Shown here in pieces: positions 47,966 through 56,906 of a DNA stretch of 64,000 nucleotides (position 1 is the first letter of the stretch; each line of letters starts with the position of its first letter). The stretch is from Vicinamibacteria bacterium. Its GTDB lineage: Bacteria > Acidobacteriota > Vicinamibacteria > Fen-336. The notes under the pieces were generated by a model that saw only the letters and a program-made list of their open reading frames with translations, did no database searches and was not told the origin of the DNA. The position numbers were made by a program, and so were the translations under genes. Location of the stretch: contig DATJYX010000081.1 in the NCBI GenBank assembly GCA_035577965.1, positions 11,726-75,725 of the forward strand. The letters run 5' to 3'.

Positions 47966-48760
47966 CTACTGCGGCTCGCGCCTCCGCCCGAGGACGAGCG
48001 GGGCCTGCTCGCCGAAGTACTTCACGAGCAGGAGGTTCCACGACGCGCTCTTGCGGACGTTGGCGAGGTGCTCGTCGAGGGCGGTCCGGAGGGCCACGTC
48101 CTCCTTGCGGACGGCCCAGGCGACGCTCCCGGTCGCGCCGACGGTCGTCCCCGCCGTGAGCCGCCTCTCGCTCTTCGCGGCGAGAGCGAACTCGGAGATC
48201 GGCATCACGAGCGCGGTGACCTCTCCCGAAGCGAGGGCGGCGATCATCTCCTTCGACGATCCGAAGCTCCGGGGCGAGGCGACACCCGCCGCGGGCAGCT
48301 CCTCAGCCGGCGCCGTGCCCCGCTTGACGCCGACCTTCTCCCGCCGGAGCTCGTCGAGGGACTTCGGGGCCGCCTTCGGCGAGAGGGTCACCGAGACGGT
48401 GTAGGTCGGCATGACCTCCGACGTGAAGGCCACCTGCTGGCGCCTCTCCGGCGTGTCGAAGATGGCCACGATCACGTCGCCCTTGTCGGCGAGGAGGAGG
48501 GGGATGCGGTCCGGGTACGACCTGGCGGAGACGACCTCGACCTTCAGTCCCTGGTGGTGGGCGAAGGTCTCGACGAGCTCCCGCTCGAAGCCGGGTCGGG
48601 AGCCGCCCTTCGAGTCGAAGGTCTCCGGCGCCTCGTCCGCGGCGACGACGACACGGATCGCCCCGCGAGCCTTGATGGCGCCGAGGTCGGCCGCGAAGAG
48701 GACGGGGACGCCGGGGAGCGAGGTCGCGGCGAGGACGAGCACGAGACAGGCTCTGGGCAC
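47966..48760 (-). CDS. Amino-acid-type substrate-binding protein (SBP_bac_3), orphan
   Basis: IKARGAIRV, GFERELVE.FA...G, RIP.L...KGDVI, AWAVRK; TATAAT at 48789-48784. Confidence 0.8.
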   Translation of the reverse strand: MPRACLVLVLAATSLPGVPVLFAADLGAIKARGAIRVVVAADEAPETFDSKGGSRPGFERELVETFAHHQGLKVEVVSARSYPDRIPLLLADKGDVIVAIFDTPERRQQVAFTSEVMPTYTVSVTLSPKAAPKSLDELRREKVGVKRGTAPAEELPAAGVASPRSFGSSKEMIAALASGEVTALVMPISEFALAAKSERRLTAGTTVGATGSVAWAVRKEDVALRTALDEHLANVRKSASWNLLLVKYFGEQAPLVLGRRREPQ

Positions 48761-48868
48761 GGTTCGGCCTCCTTGGAGTCGGGATTATAGGGGACGGCGC
48801 CCGCGCCGCCTTGACAGGGGCGGAGGCGGGGCGGAGGATCCGGTCGTCCCGGAGTCGAGGAGCGCGCC

Positions 48869-49453
48869 ATGCGAACGGGATCCGAGCTGCGACCGCGGAT
48901 GACCCTCCGCGTCGACGGGGCGCTCGTGCGCGTCGTCTCCGCCGACTACCACGGGGGCCAGGGCAAGATGGGCGGGGTCATGCACGCGAAGCTGCGCGAC
49001 CTTCGGACCGGGAAGGAGCGCGAGCGGCGCTTCCGGGCCGAGGAGGCGGTGGAGGACGTCCCGCCCGACCGGCAGAGCCTGCAGTTCCTCTACGCCGACG
49101 GCGGGGTGAGCACGTTCATGAACCCGGAGTCCTTCGAGCAGGTCGCGATCGACACCGTCCGGCTCGGGAAGGCGGCGGCCTGGCTGACCGGGGACACGAT
49201 CGTCCCCGTCGAGCTCGTGGACGGGGAGCCGGTCGGCATCGTCTTCCCCGAGATCGCCGAGGGGCGGGTGGCGGAGACCGCCGCCCCCTACCACACGCCG
49301 GGCACCGACAACGTGTGGAAGGAGGCGAGGCTCGACAACGGGGTCACGGTCATGGTCCCGCCGTTCGTCGACGTGGGCGAGTGGGTCCGGGTCGACGTCG
49401 AGAGCGGCCGGTACGTCGAGCGGGCGAAGGCGAAGGGACGGCCGTCGGGTTAG
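48869..49453 (+). CDS. efp: Elongation factor P-like protein with atypical loop (HGGQGKMGG)
   Basis: Three-domain EF-P pattern: A.LR.L.TG...RFR, LQFLY.DG...FMN.E.FEQ, K.A.L.NG..V.VP.FV..GE..RVD...G.Y.ER. Confidence 0.85.
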   Translation: MRTGSELRPRMTLRVDGALVRVVSADYHGGQGKMGGVMHAKLRDLRTGKERERRFRAEEAVEDVPPDRQSLQFLYADGGVSTFMNPESFEQVAIDTVRLGKAAAWLTGDTIVPVELVDGEPVGIVFPEIAEGRVAETAAPYHTPGTDNVWKEARLDNGVTVMVPPFVDVGEWVRVDVESGRYVERAKAKGRPSG

Positions 49454-49465
49454 CATGGGCGCTCC

Positions 49466-50242
49466 ATGAGCGAGCGCCCGCGCATCCTCGTCTCGAACGA
49501 CGACGGCTACCACTCGGACGGCCTCCGGGCCCTCGCGGCCGCGATGGAGGAGCTGGGGGAAGTCTGGGTCGTGGCGCCGGAGGTGGAACAGAGCGCCACC
49601 TCGCACGCCATCTCGATCCACCGCCCCCTGCGGCTGCGGGAGGTGCGGCCGCGATGGTACGCGGTCGACGGAACGCCGACCGACTGCGCCTGGCTCGGCA
49701 TCCACCACCTCCTCCGCGGCCGCCGCCCGCGGATCCTCGCCTCCGGCATCAACCACGGGCCGAACCTCGCCGACGACGTCACGTACTCCGGGACGCTGGC
49801 CGCGGCCATGGAGGCCTCGATCATCGGCGTGCCGGCGATGGCGTTCAGCCTCGCCGGACGCGACGTTTCGGACTTCGGCCCCGCCGCCCGCTTCGCCCGA
49901 GCCCTCGCCGCCGCGGCCCTCAGCCGCGACCTGCCGCCCGGCCTGCTCCTGAACGTCAACGTGCCGGCGGGCGTGGAGCCCCAGGGCTACGCGGTGACCC
50001 GCCTCGGGAAACACTCGTACGGCTCCGACGTCGTCGAGAAGAAGGACCCCCGGGGCCGCTCGTATTTCTGGATCGGGGGCAACGAGTACCAGCACGAGGA
50101 CATCCCGGGCAGCGACTGCAACGTCGTGCTGCGGGAGAGGCGCGTCTCCGTCACGCCGCTCAGCCTCGACCTGACGGACGACAGGATGCGGGAGGTCGTC
50201 TCGACCTGGTCGATCGAGGGCTTCGCGCCGCACCGGGGCTGA
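49466..50242 (+). CDS. surE: 5'/3'-nucleotidase SurE
   Basis: ILVSNDDG, VVAP..EQS..SH, DGTPTDC, SGIN.G.N, YSGTLAAAME, LLLNVNVP. Confidence 0.95.
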   Translation: MSERPRILVSNDDGYHSDGLRALAAAMEELGEVWVVAPEVEQSATSHAISIHRPLRLREVRPRWYAVDGTPTDCAWLGIHHLLRGRRPRILASGINHGPNLADDVTYSGTLAAAMEASIIGVPAMAFSLAGRDVSDFGPAARFARALAAAALSRDLPPGLLLNVNVPAGVEPQGYAVTRLGKHSYGSDVVEKKDPRGRSYFWIGGNEYQHEDIPGSDCNVVLRERRVSVTPLSLDLTDDRMREVVSTWSIEGFAPHRG

Positions 50243-50266
50243 AGGGTCCCCGGCGGGCCCCGGTGC

Positions 50267-51268
50267 CTACTTGCCGCCGGCGAAGGAGGGGAGGGCCAGG
50301 CTCCGCATCGTGTGGAGGCCGGGGGGCGCGGCGAGGGCCTTCGGGATCGTGTTCACGGCGATCGAGTGGGTGGCGACGTCCCCGTGGTACCCGCCGAGCG
50401 CCTTCACGTGCAGGGCCGGCGAGCCCTCGATCTCGACGCTGTCGTAGGTCTCCGGCGCGCCCAGGTACGCCTCCATGTGGAGGGTGATCACGGGCTTGCC
50501 CTTGACGTAGCCCACGCCGTCCTGGACGATGCCGCAGACCTTCCCCGCCTCGACTCGGAGGAACTGGCTCTCGACCGGCGCCCCGGCGATCTTCGGCTGG
50601 ATCTCGTCGGTGATGCGATCGAGCTTCCAGCCGAGGCCGTCCGCGATCATCGCCACCGACTCGGTGAGCCCCACGTGGCGCACGGTGAGGGCCTTGACCT
50701 TCTCCGCGAACTCCGCGGGGGTGAGGCCGGAGCCGATCTTCTGCTGGAAGGGCAGGCGGCGGATCCGCGCGTCCTGGACGCGCTCGACGTGCACCGCGTC
50801 GACCCGCTCGCAGATGGCGGTGAGGGTGAGGGGCAGGGCGTCCATGGCGAACCCGGGGTTGACCCCCGTCCCGACCACCGCCACCTTCGCCTTCTTCGCC
50901 GCGGCGTCGATCTTCCGCGCGAGGGGCCGGTTCGAGTACCAAGGGTAGGACAGCTCCTCCGTCGTCGAGACGATCGGGACCTTGTGCCTCAGGACGGCCT
51001 CGACCTGCGGCCACACCTTCTTGAGGGCCGAGCTCGTGCAGAGGACGGCGACCTGCGGCCTCGTCCTCCTGATCGCGGCCGCGGGGTCGGTCCCGACCTC
51101 GATCCCGCTCTTCTTCCCGAGGCCCACCACGTCGCCCAGGTCCCGGCCGGCCTTGCCGGGGTCGATGTCCACCGCGGACACGATCTTGAAGTTCTTCCGG
51201 GCCGCGAGCTGGCGGGCGACGCCCGCCCCGATCGGCCCCAGGCCCATGATCATCACCTTGGTCGGCAT
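50267..51268 (-). CDS. NAD(P)-dependent amine dehydrogenase / Ord-like, paralog 2
   Basis: GLGPIG, STTEEL, GVNPGFAMD, RLPFQQKIGSG, GGYHGDVAT. Confidence 0.85.
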   Translation of the reverse strand: MPTKVMIMGLGPIGAGVARQLAARKNFKIVSAVDIDPGKAGRDLGDVVGLGKKSGIEVGTDPAAAIRRTRPQVAVLCTSSALKKVWPQVEAVLRHKVPIVSTTEELSYPWYSNRPLARKIDAAAKKAKVAVVGTGVNPGFAMDALPLTLTAICERVDAVHVERVQDARIRRLPFQQKIGSGLTPAEFAEKVKALTVRHVGLTESVAMIADGLGWKLDRITDEIQPKIAGAPVESQFLRVEAGKVCGIVQDGVGYVKGKPVITLHMEAYLGAPETYDSVEIEGSPALHVKALGGYHGDVATHSIAVNTIPKALAAPPGLHTMRSLALPSFAGGK

Positions 51269-51401
51269 CGTTCTCGGCTCCTTGCCGGTACACGCGGCCC
51301 CGGACGGCGAGGCGACCGATCATAACCCCGGCTGGAGAGCGCCGCCTGAGCCAGGAGCCCGATGCGCGGCCGGCTGCCCGCGCTCGGCGCCTGCTCGCGC
51401 G

Positions 51402-52232
51402 TCACCTCAGGTGCTTGATCAGGATCACCTCGTTCGCGCGCTCGTTGTGGATCATCTCGTCCACGACCTGACGGGCGAGCAGGAGGCCGAAGCCGCCCGG
51501 CCGCAGGCCACGCGCCTCGCGCGCCTCGGCCACCGCGAGGGGGTCCTCGGGCCGGCCCAGGGCGGCGTGGGGCAGCGCGCCGAGGTCGAAGCCGGGACCG
51601 GGGTCGCGCAGGTGGAAGACCAGGGTGCGAGCGGTGCGCACTGCCACGACCTCCACCACCCGGTCCGGGTCGAAGCCGCCGCCGTACTCCATGGCGTTCA
51701 GGAGCACCTCGCGGAAGGCGAGCATGAGGTCGTCGCGGGGGGCCTCGGGCACGTCGGAGCGGAGCTCGGTGAGGAAATTCAAGAGGCGCTCCGCGCTCAG
51801 GAGGGCGCAGTTCACGCGCACCGAGATCCAGTCGGGCTTCGCGAACACGACCTCGATACCGTCCTTCCAGGAGTCGGCCCCGGCGGCCCGGGCCAGCATG
51901 TCGCCGATCTCGGCCGGGTCGAAGGGCGCGCTGAAGCAGGCGAAGGCCCTCCGCCGCAGGGCGAGGATCACGGCCTCGGGTGTCGCGCGCGGGGCGAGGA
52001 GGACGACCCTGACCCCGGGCCGGGCGCGGCGCACGTCGTCGAGGATCGCCGCGTCCTCCTCCAGGCTGGTCTCCGGCGAGGTGACGAGGACGTCGAAGGC
52101 CCGTCCGCGGAGCCGGCGGAGGGCGGCCGCGTCGCCCGACGCAACGTCGATCGGGTGGCCCTCCAGGAGGGGCGACGACCGCAGCGCCTTCAGGAGGGCG
52201 TCCTCGGGCGCGACCATCAGGATGCGGGCCAC
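51402..52232 (-). CDS. REC-like + RsbW-type HATPase_c_2 protein
   Basis: Degenerate receiver (FDVLVT, AVILALRRRAF...PF), then FREVLLNAMEYG, DPGPGFD, PGGFGLLLA..VDE; SD GGAGG before the GTG. Confidence 0.8.
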   Translation of the reverse strand: MARILMVAPEDALLKALRSSPLLEGHPIDVASGDAAALRRLRGRAFDVLVTSPETSLEEDAAILDDVRRARPGVRVVLLAPRATPEAVILALRRRAFACFSAPFDPAEIGDMLARAAGADSWKDGIEVVFAKPDWISVRVNCALLSAERLLNFLTELRSDVPEAPRDDLMLAFREVLLNAMEYGGGFDPDRVVEVVAVRTARTLVFHLRDPGPGFDLGALPHAALGRPEDPLAVAEAREARGLRPGGFGLLLARQVVDEMIHNERANEVILIKHLR

Positions 52233-52298
52233 GGCTGACCTCCGTGGAGGCATCTTACCCGGCCCCCGCCTTCCCGGGCCTCCGAGGACGCCCACGGA

Positions 52299-52706
52299 CT
52301 ACCGTCGCAGGTTGCGGAGGAGAGCCCGCAGCGTCGGGGCGAGCCCTTGCAGCTCCGCGCGGTGCGCGCCGGCGAGGCGGGCCAGGGCCGAGTCGCCTCG
52401 GGCCGTCGTCGACAGGTCGACCCGCCGCCGATCCGCCGCGTCGGCGTGGCGGCGCAGGAGCCGGAGGGCGACGAGCCGGTCGACCAGCCCCACCGCGCTG
52501 TGGTGGCGGATCTCCAGCTCGCGGGCGAGGTCCCCGATCGTGAGCGGGCGGGCCCGGGCGCCCCGCACGGCGAGGAGGGCCTGGTACTGCCTCGGGGTGA
52601 GCCCGGCCGCCGCCGCCGCGTCCTCGCTGAAGCGCAGGAAGAGGCGCAGCCCCCGCCGGAACCCGGCCAGGGTCCGGTAGTCGGCGTCGGTCAGCGGTCG
52701 GGCCAT
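52299..52706 (-). CDS. MarR-family transcriptional regulator
   Basis: GLTPRQYQALL, TIGDLA..L.IRHHSAVGLVDRL, DRRRV..T.RG. Confidence 0.9.
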   Translation of the reverse strand: MARPLTDADYRTLAGFRRGLRLFLRFSEDAAAAAGLTPRQYQALLAVRGARARPLTIGDLARELEIRHHSAVGLVDRLVALRLLRRHADAADRRRVDLSTTARGDSALARLAGAHRAELQGLAPTLRALLRNLRR

Positions 52707-52719
52707 GGCCGCCAAGATT

Positions 52720-52736
52720 ATATCGTGTTACGATAT
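52720..52736. promoter_or_regulatory. Perfect 7-3-7 inverted repeat, putative MarR operator over divergent promoters
   Basis: ATATCGT-GTT-ACGATAT in a 45-bp AT-rich spacer; overlaps TATAAT (minus, 52722-52717) and TACGAT (plus, 52729-52734). Confidence 0.8.
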
Positions 52737-52751
52737 GTTGTGGCGGCGGTC

Positions 52752-54572
52752 GTGACGAACGCACGGACGAAGACGGCGGCGGAGCGGCTCGGCGACTTCA
52801 CCGCCGACTGGCGGGTGATCCCCTGCTCGGCCCTGGCGGTGGCGATCGGGGCCCTGGCCTCCCTCGTCGCGGTGGGTCTCCTCCGGCTGATCGGGCTCTT
52901 CACCAACCTCTTCTTCTTCCAGCGCTGGGAGACGACGCTCGTCTCGCCGGCCGGCCACCACCTCGGAGGGCTGGTGGTGCTCGTGCCGGTGGCCGGCGCG
53001 CTCGTGATCGGCCTCATGAGCCGGTACGGCTCCGACCGCATCCGCGGCCACGGCATCCCCGAGGCGATCGAGGCCATCCTCCTGAAGGGCGGGCGCGTCG
53101 AGCCGAAGGTGGCCCTCCTCAAGCCGCTCTCGGCTGCGGTCTCGATCGGCTCCGGCGGGCCGTTCGGCGCCGAGGGCCCGATCATCATGACCGGGGGCGC
53201 GTTCGGGTCCCTCGTGGCCCAGGTCGTGCGCCTCACCGCTGCCGAGCGGCGCACGCTGCTCGTGGCCGGCGCCGCGGCCGGCATGTCGGCCACGTTCGCC
53301 ACGCCCCTCGCCGCGGTGCTCCTGTCCGTCGAGCTGCTCCTCTTCGAGTGGAAGCCGCGCAGCCTGATCCCGGTCGCGCTGGCGAGCGCGACGGCGGCGG
53401 TGGCCCGGCGCTACCTCCTCGGCCCCGGGCCGCTCTTCCCGGTACCGGCCCACGCGGCTCTCGTCGCTCCGCAGGCGCTCCTCGGCTGCGCCGCGGCCGG
53501 CCTCCTCGCGGGCGCGCTCTCGGCCCTCTTGACGCTCGCCGTCTACTCGGCCGAGGACGCCTTCGCGAAGCTGCCCGTGCACTGGATGTGGTGGCCGGCC
53601 CTCGGCGGGATCGTGGTCGGCGTGGGGGGCCTCGTCTTCCCGCCCGCGCTCGGAGTCGGCTACGACACGATCGGGGCCCTCCTGCAGGGCGACGCGCCCC
53701 TGCGCGTGATCGTCGGCGTGCTGCTCGTGAAGTCGGTGATGTGGGCGGTCTCGCTCGGGTCGGGCACGTCGGGAGGCGTGCTGGCCCCCCTGCTGATGAT
53801 GGGCGGCGCGCTGGGCGGCCTCGAGGCGCTGGTCCTGCCCGCCCAGGGGGCCGGGTTCTGGCCGCTCGTGAGCATGGGCGCGATCCTCGGCGGCACGATG
53901 CGCTCGCCCCTCACCGGGATCGCCTTCGCGATCGAGCTGACCCACGACCTCGACATGATCCTGCCCCTGCTCGTGGCCACGAGCGTCGCCCACGCCTTCA
54001 CGGTGCTCCTGCTCCGGCGCTCGATCCTGACCGAGAAGATCAGCCGCCGCGGCTACCACCTGAGCCGCGAGTACGCCGTCGACCCGCTCGAGATCCTGTT
54101 CGTGCGCGAGGTGATGCGCACGAACGTGGTCGCCCTCCCGGCCGAGGCGCGCCTCGGCGACCTGGCCGCCCTCCGCGGCGACGGTCACGGCGGCCAGCGG
54201 CTCTACCCGGTCGTGGACGACGGGCGGGTGGTGGGGGTGCTCGGCCGGGGCGCGCTGCGGGAGCTGTTCCGCGACGGCGGGTCGCGGCAGCGGCGCCTGG
54301 GCGAGGTGGCCGGTCCCGCCGTCGCGACGGCTCGTCCCGACGAACCCCTCCGGGCCGTGGTCTACCGCATGGCCGAGACGGGTCGCACGCTCCTGCCGGT
54401 CGTCGACGGCGACGGGGACCGGCTGCTCGGGCTGGTCTCGCTCGAGGACCTGCTCAAGGCCCGGAGCCTGAACCTGGAGGCCGAGCGCCGGCGCGAGCGC
54501 GTCCATCCCATGCGACTCCTCTTCCCGCCCCGGACGCGCCCGGGCGGGGACGCCCTGCCCGCGGGCGGGTAG
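52752..54572 (+). CDS. CLC-family anion channel/transporter with two CBS domains
   Basis: GHGIPE, IGSGGPFGAEGP, GAAAGMSATF.TP, GTSGGVLAP, EIT-like ELTHD; CBS pair at the C-terminus. Confidence 0.92.
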   Translation: MTNARTKTAAERLGDFTADWRVIPCSALAVAIGALASLVAVGLLRLIGLFTNLFFFQRWETTLVSPAGHHLGGLVVLVPVAGALVIGLMSRYGSDRIRGHGIPEAIEAILLKGGRVEPKVALLKPLSAAVSIGSGGPFGAEGPIIMTGGAFGSLVAQVVRLTAAERRTLLVAGAAAGMSATFATPLAAVLLSVELLLFEWKPRSLIPVALASATAAVARRYLLGPGPLFPVPAHAALVAPQALLGCAAAGLLAGALSALLTLAVYSAEDAFAKLPVHWMWWPALGGIVVGVGGLVFPPALGVGYDTIGALLQGDAPLRVIVGVLLVKSVMWAVSLGSGTSGGVLAPLLMMGGALGGLEALVLPAQGAGFWPLVSMGAILGGTMRSPLTGIAFAIELTHDLDMILPLLVATSVAHAFTVLLLRRSILTEKISRRGYHLSREYAVDPLEILFVREVMRTNVVALPAEARLGDLAALRGDGHGGQRLYPVVDDGRVVGVLGRGALRELFRDGGSRQRRLGEVAGPAVATARPDEPLRAVVYRMAETGRTLLPVVDGDGDRLLGLVSLEDLLKARSLNLEAERRRERVHPMRLLFPPRTRPGGDALPAGG

Positions 54573-54601
54573 GCGGGAGGAGCCGCCAAAGGGAGGTGGG
54601 G

Positions 54602-56887
54602 ATGCGCGAGCCGCAGACGCCGCTCTCGCCGTGGTGGCGGCACTCCGTCGTCATCGTCATGGCTCTCGGATTCGCCGTGCTGAGCCTGGTCACGGTGAGG
54701 AGCTACCGCGACGCGCCACCCGTACCGGAGCGGATCGACGACCCGGCGGGCGTCACGCTCTTCACCCGGGAGGACGTCGAGCGCGGCCAGGAAGTCTTCC
54801 TGAAGCACGCCCTCATGGAGCACGGCACCCTCTGGGGCCACGGCGCCTACCTCGGCCCCGACTACAGCGCGGAGTACCTGCACCGTCTGGCCGAGATCGC
54901 CCGCGACACCCTGGCCGCGTCGCGCTTCGGGGTGCCGTTCGGCAGGCTTCCGGCTCCCGCTTCGCTGGAGGTCGGGGAGGCGACCGTGCGGTCGCTCCGG
55001 GAGAACCGGTACGACGCGACGACGGGGACTCTCCGCTTCACGGCCGGCGAGACGGCCGCGTACCGGACGCAGACGAAGGAATGGAGCGACTACTTCTCGG
55101 GACCGAGCCCGGCTCCCGGGCTGCCGGCCGGCTACATCCGGGACTCGACCGAGCTCCGGGCCCTCACCTCCTTCTTCGCCTGGGCCGCCTGGGCGTCCGT
55201 CGCTCGCCGGCCCGGCCAGGACGACTCGTACACCAACAACTTCCCCTACGACAAGGAGGCTGGGAACGGACCGAGCGCCGCGACCTACCTCTGGAGCGCG
55301 CTCAGCCTCGTCGTGCTGCTCGTAGGCCTCGGGGCGGCGCTCTTCGCCTTCGGACGGTTCGACTACCTCGGCTGGCACGCCCCCGGAGGGGAAGGGCCGG
55401 GGCACGCCCATGGCTTGGCGCGGCCCGGCTCGCGGCCCACTCCCAGCCAGCGGGCGACCGGCCTCTTCCTGGGGGTCGTCGCGCTCCTCTTCCTGCTCCA
55501 GACGCTCGTGGGGGGCGGCCTCGCCCACTACCGCGTCGAGCCGGGCGCCTTCTACGGCTTCGACCTCGCCCGCCTGCTTCCCTACAACCTCCTCCGGACC
55601 TTCCACCTCCAGCTCGCCATCTTCTGGATCGCGACGGCGTGGGTGGCGGGGGGCCTCTTCCTCGCCCCGATCGTGGGCGGGGCCGAGCCGCGGGGCCAGC
55701 GCGCGGGCGTCCTCGCCCTGCTCGCCGCCCTCGCCGTGGTGGTCGCAGGGAGCCTCGGCGGCGAGTGGCTGGGCGTCGGCGGGCACCTCGGCCGGCTCTG
55801 GTTCTGGCTGGGGCACCAGGGCTCCGAGTACCTGGACCTCGGGCGGCTCTGGCAGCTCCTTCTGGCGGCCGGTCTCGCCGGCTGGCTCGTCCTCATGTCC
55901 CGCGCCCTGCGGCCGGCGATCCGGGACGGTCGCTCCGACCTGGCCTCCCTCTTCCTCTACAGCGCGGCCGCGATCCCGCTCTTCTACCTCCCCGCCCTCT
56001 TCTACGGCCCGCGCACCAACTTCACGATCATCGACAACTGGCGGTTCTGGATCATCCACCTCTGGGTGGAGGGGTTCTTCGAGCTCTTCGCGACCGTGCT
56101 CGTGGCGGTCATGTTCACGGTCCTCGGCCTCGTCACCGTGAAGACGGCCACGCGCGTCGTGTACCTGGACGCGATCCTCTACCTGGCCGGGGGGATCGTC
56201 GGCACCGGGCACCACTGGTACTTCACCGGCCAGGGCACCCTGAACATGGGCCTCGCGGCCTGCTTCTCGGCGCTCGAGGTCGTGCCCCTCGCCCTCCTGA
56301 CCCTCGACGCCTGGGATTTCATCCGGCTGCGCAAGAGGCGCTGCGCGGAATGCGGCGAGGCGCTCGCCGAGCGCCACCGATGGGCGATCCAGTTCCTGAT
56401 GGCGGTCGGCTTCTGGAACTTCGTCGGCGCAGGGGTCTTCGGCTTCCTGATCAACCTGCCGATCGTCTCCTACTTCGAGGTCGGCACCGCGCTCACCAAC
56501 AACCACGGCCACGCCGCTCTCTTCGGCGTCTTCGGGATGCTGGCCCTCGCCGTGGTCGTCTTCTGCCTGCGCTCGCTCACGGACGACGCGGACTGGGCCC
56601 GTGCGGAGAGGCTCGTCGGGACGGGCTTCTGGGGCCTGAACGCCGGCCTCGCGCTCATGGTCCTCCTCGACCTCTTTCCGGGCGGCGTCCTCCAGCTTCG
56701 CGACGCCATCACGAACGGCTACTGGCACGCGCGCCGGCTCGGCTTCCTCATGAGCGGGACCTTCCACACCCTCGAGTGGGCGCGCGCGGCCGCGGACGGG
56801 CTCTTCCTGGTCCTGGGCGTCTTCCCGCTCGTCGCCGCGACCCTGTGGCTGGTGGCGCGCCTCCCGCGGGCGGCGGAGCCGGAGTGA
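54602..56887 (+). CDS. norB: Quinol-dependent nitric oxide reductase (qNOR, NorB/NorZ)
   Basis: GHGAYLGPD, HLQLAIFWIAT, HLWVEGFFE, GTGHHWY, ALEVVPL, VGFWNFVGAG.FGFLINLP..SY, HGHAALFGVFG. Confidence 0.95.
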   Translation: MREPQTPLSPWWRHSVVIVMALGFAVLSLVTVRSYRDAPPVPERIDDPAGVTLFTREDVERGQEVFLKHALMEHGTLWGHGAYLGPDYSAEYLHRLAEIARDTLAASRFGVPFGRLPAPASLEVGEATVRSLRENRYDATTGTLRFTAGETAAYRTQTKEWSDYFSGPSPAPGLPAGYIRDSTELRALTSFFAWAAWASVARRPGQDDSYTNNFPYDKEAGNGPSAATYLWSALSLVVLLVGLGAALFAFGRFDYLGWHAPGGEGPGHAHGLARPGSRPTPSQRATGLFLGVVALLFLLQTLVGGGLAHYRVEPGAFYGFDLARLLPYNLLRTFHLQLAIFWIATAWVAGGLFLAPIVGGAEPRGQRAGVLALLAALAVVVAGSLGGEWLGVGGHLGRLWFWLGHQGSEYLDLGRLWQLLLAAGLAGWLVLMSRALRPAIRDGRSDLASLFLYSAAAIPLFYLPALFYGPRTNFTIIDNWRFWIIHLWVEGFFELFATVLVAVMFTVLGLVTVKTATRVVYLDAILYLAGGIVGTGHHWYFTGQGTLNMGLAACFSALEVVPLALLTLDAWDFIRLRKRRCAECGEALAERHRWAIQFLMAVGFWNFVGAGVFGFLINLPIVSYFEVGTALTNNHGHAALFGVFGMLALAVVVFCLRSLTDDADWARAERLVGTGFWGLNAGLALMVLLDLFPGGVLQLRDAITNGYWHARRLGFLMSGTFHTLEWARAAADGLFLVLGVFPLVAATLWLVARLPRAAEPE

Positions 56888-56906
56888 TCGGACGGACGGA
56901 GGCCGG

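Noticed and set aside
52752-54572. Fluoride-specific CLC-F with a fluoride riboswitch
   Set aside because: No GNNLI/GREGT motifs, and the 45-bp spacer holds a DNA palindrome, not a crcB aptamer.
54602-56887. NO dismutase (Nod) rather than qNOR
   Set aside because: The FeB/heme ligands and the HLWVEGFFE glutamates are all canonical.
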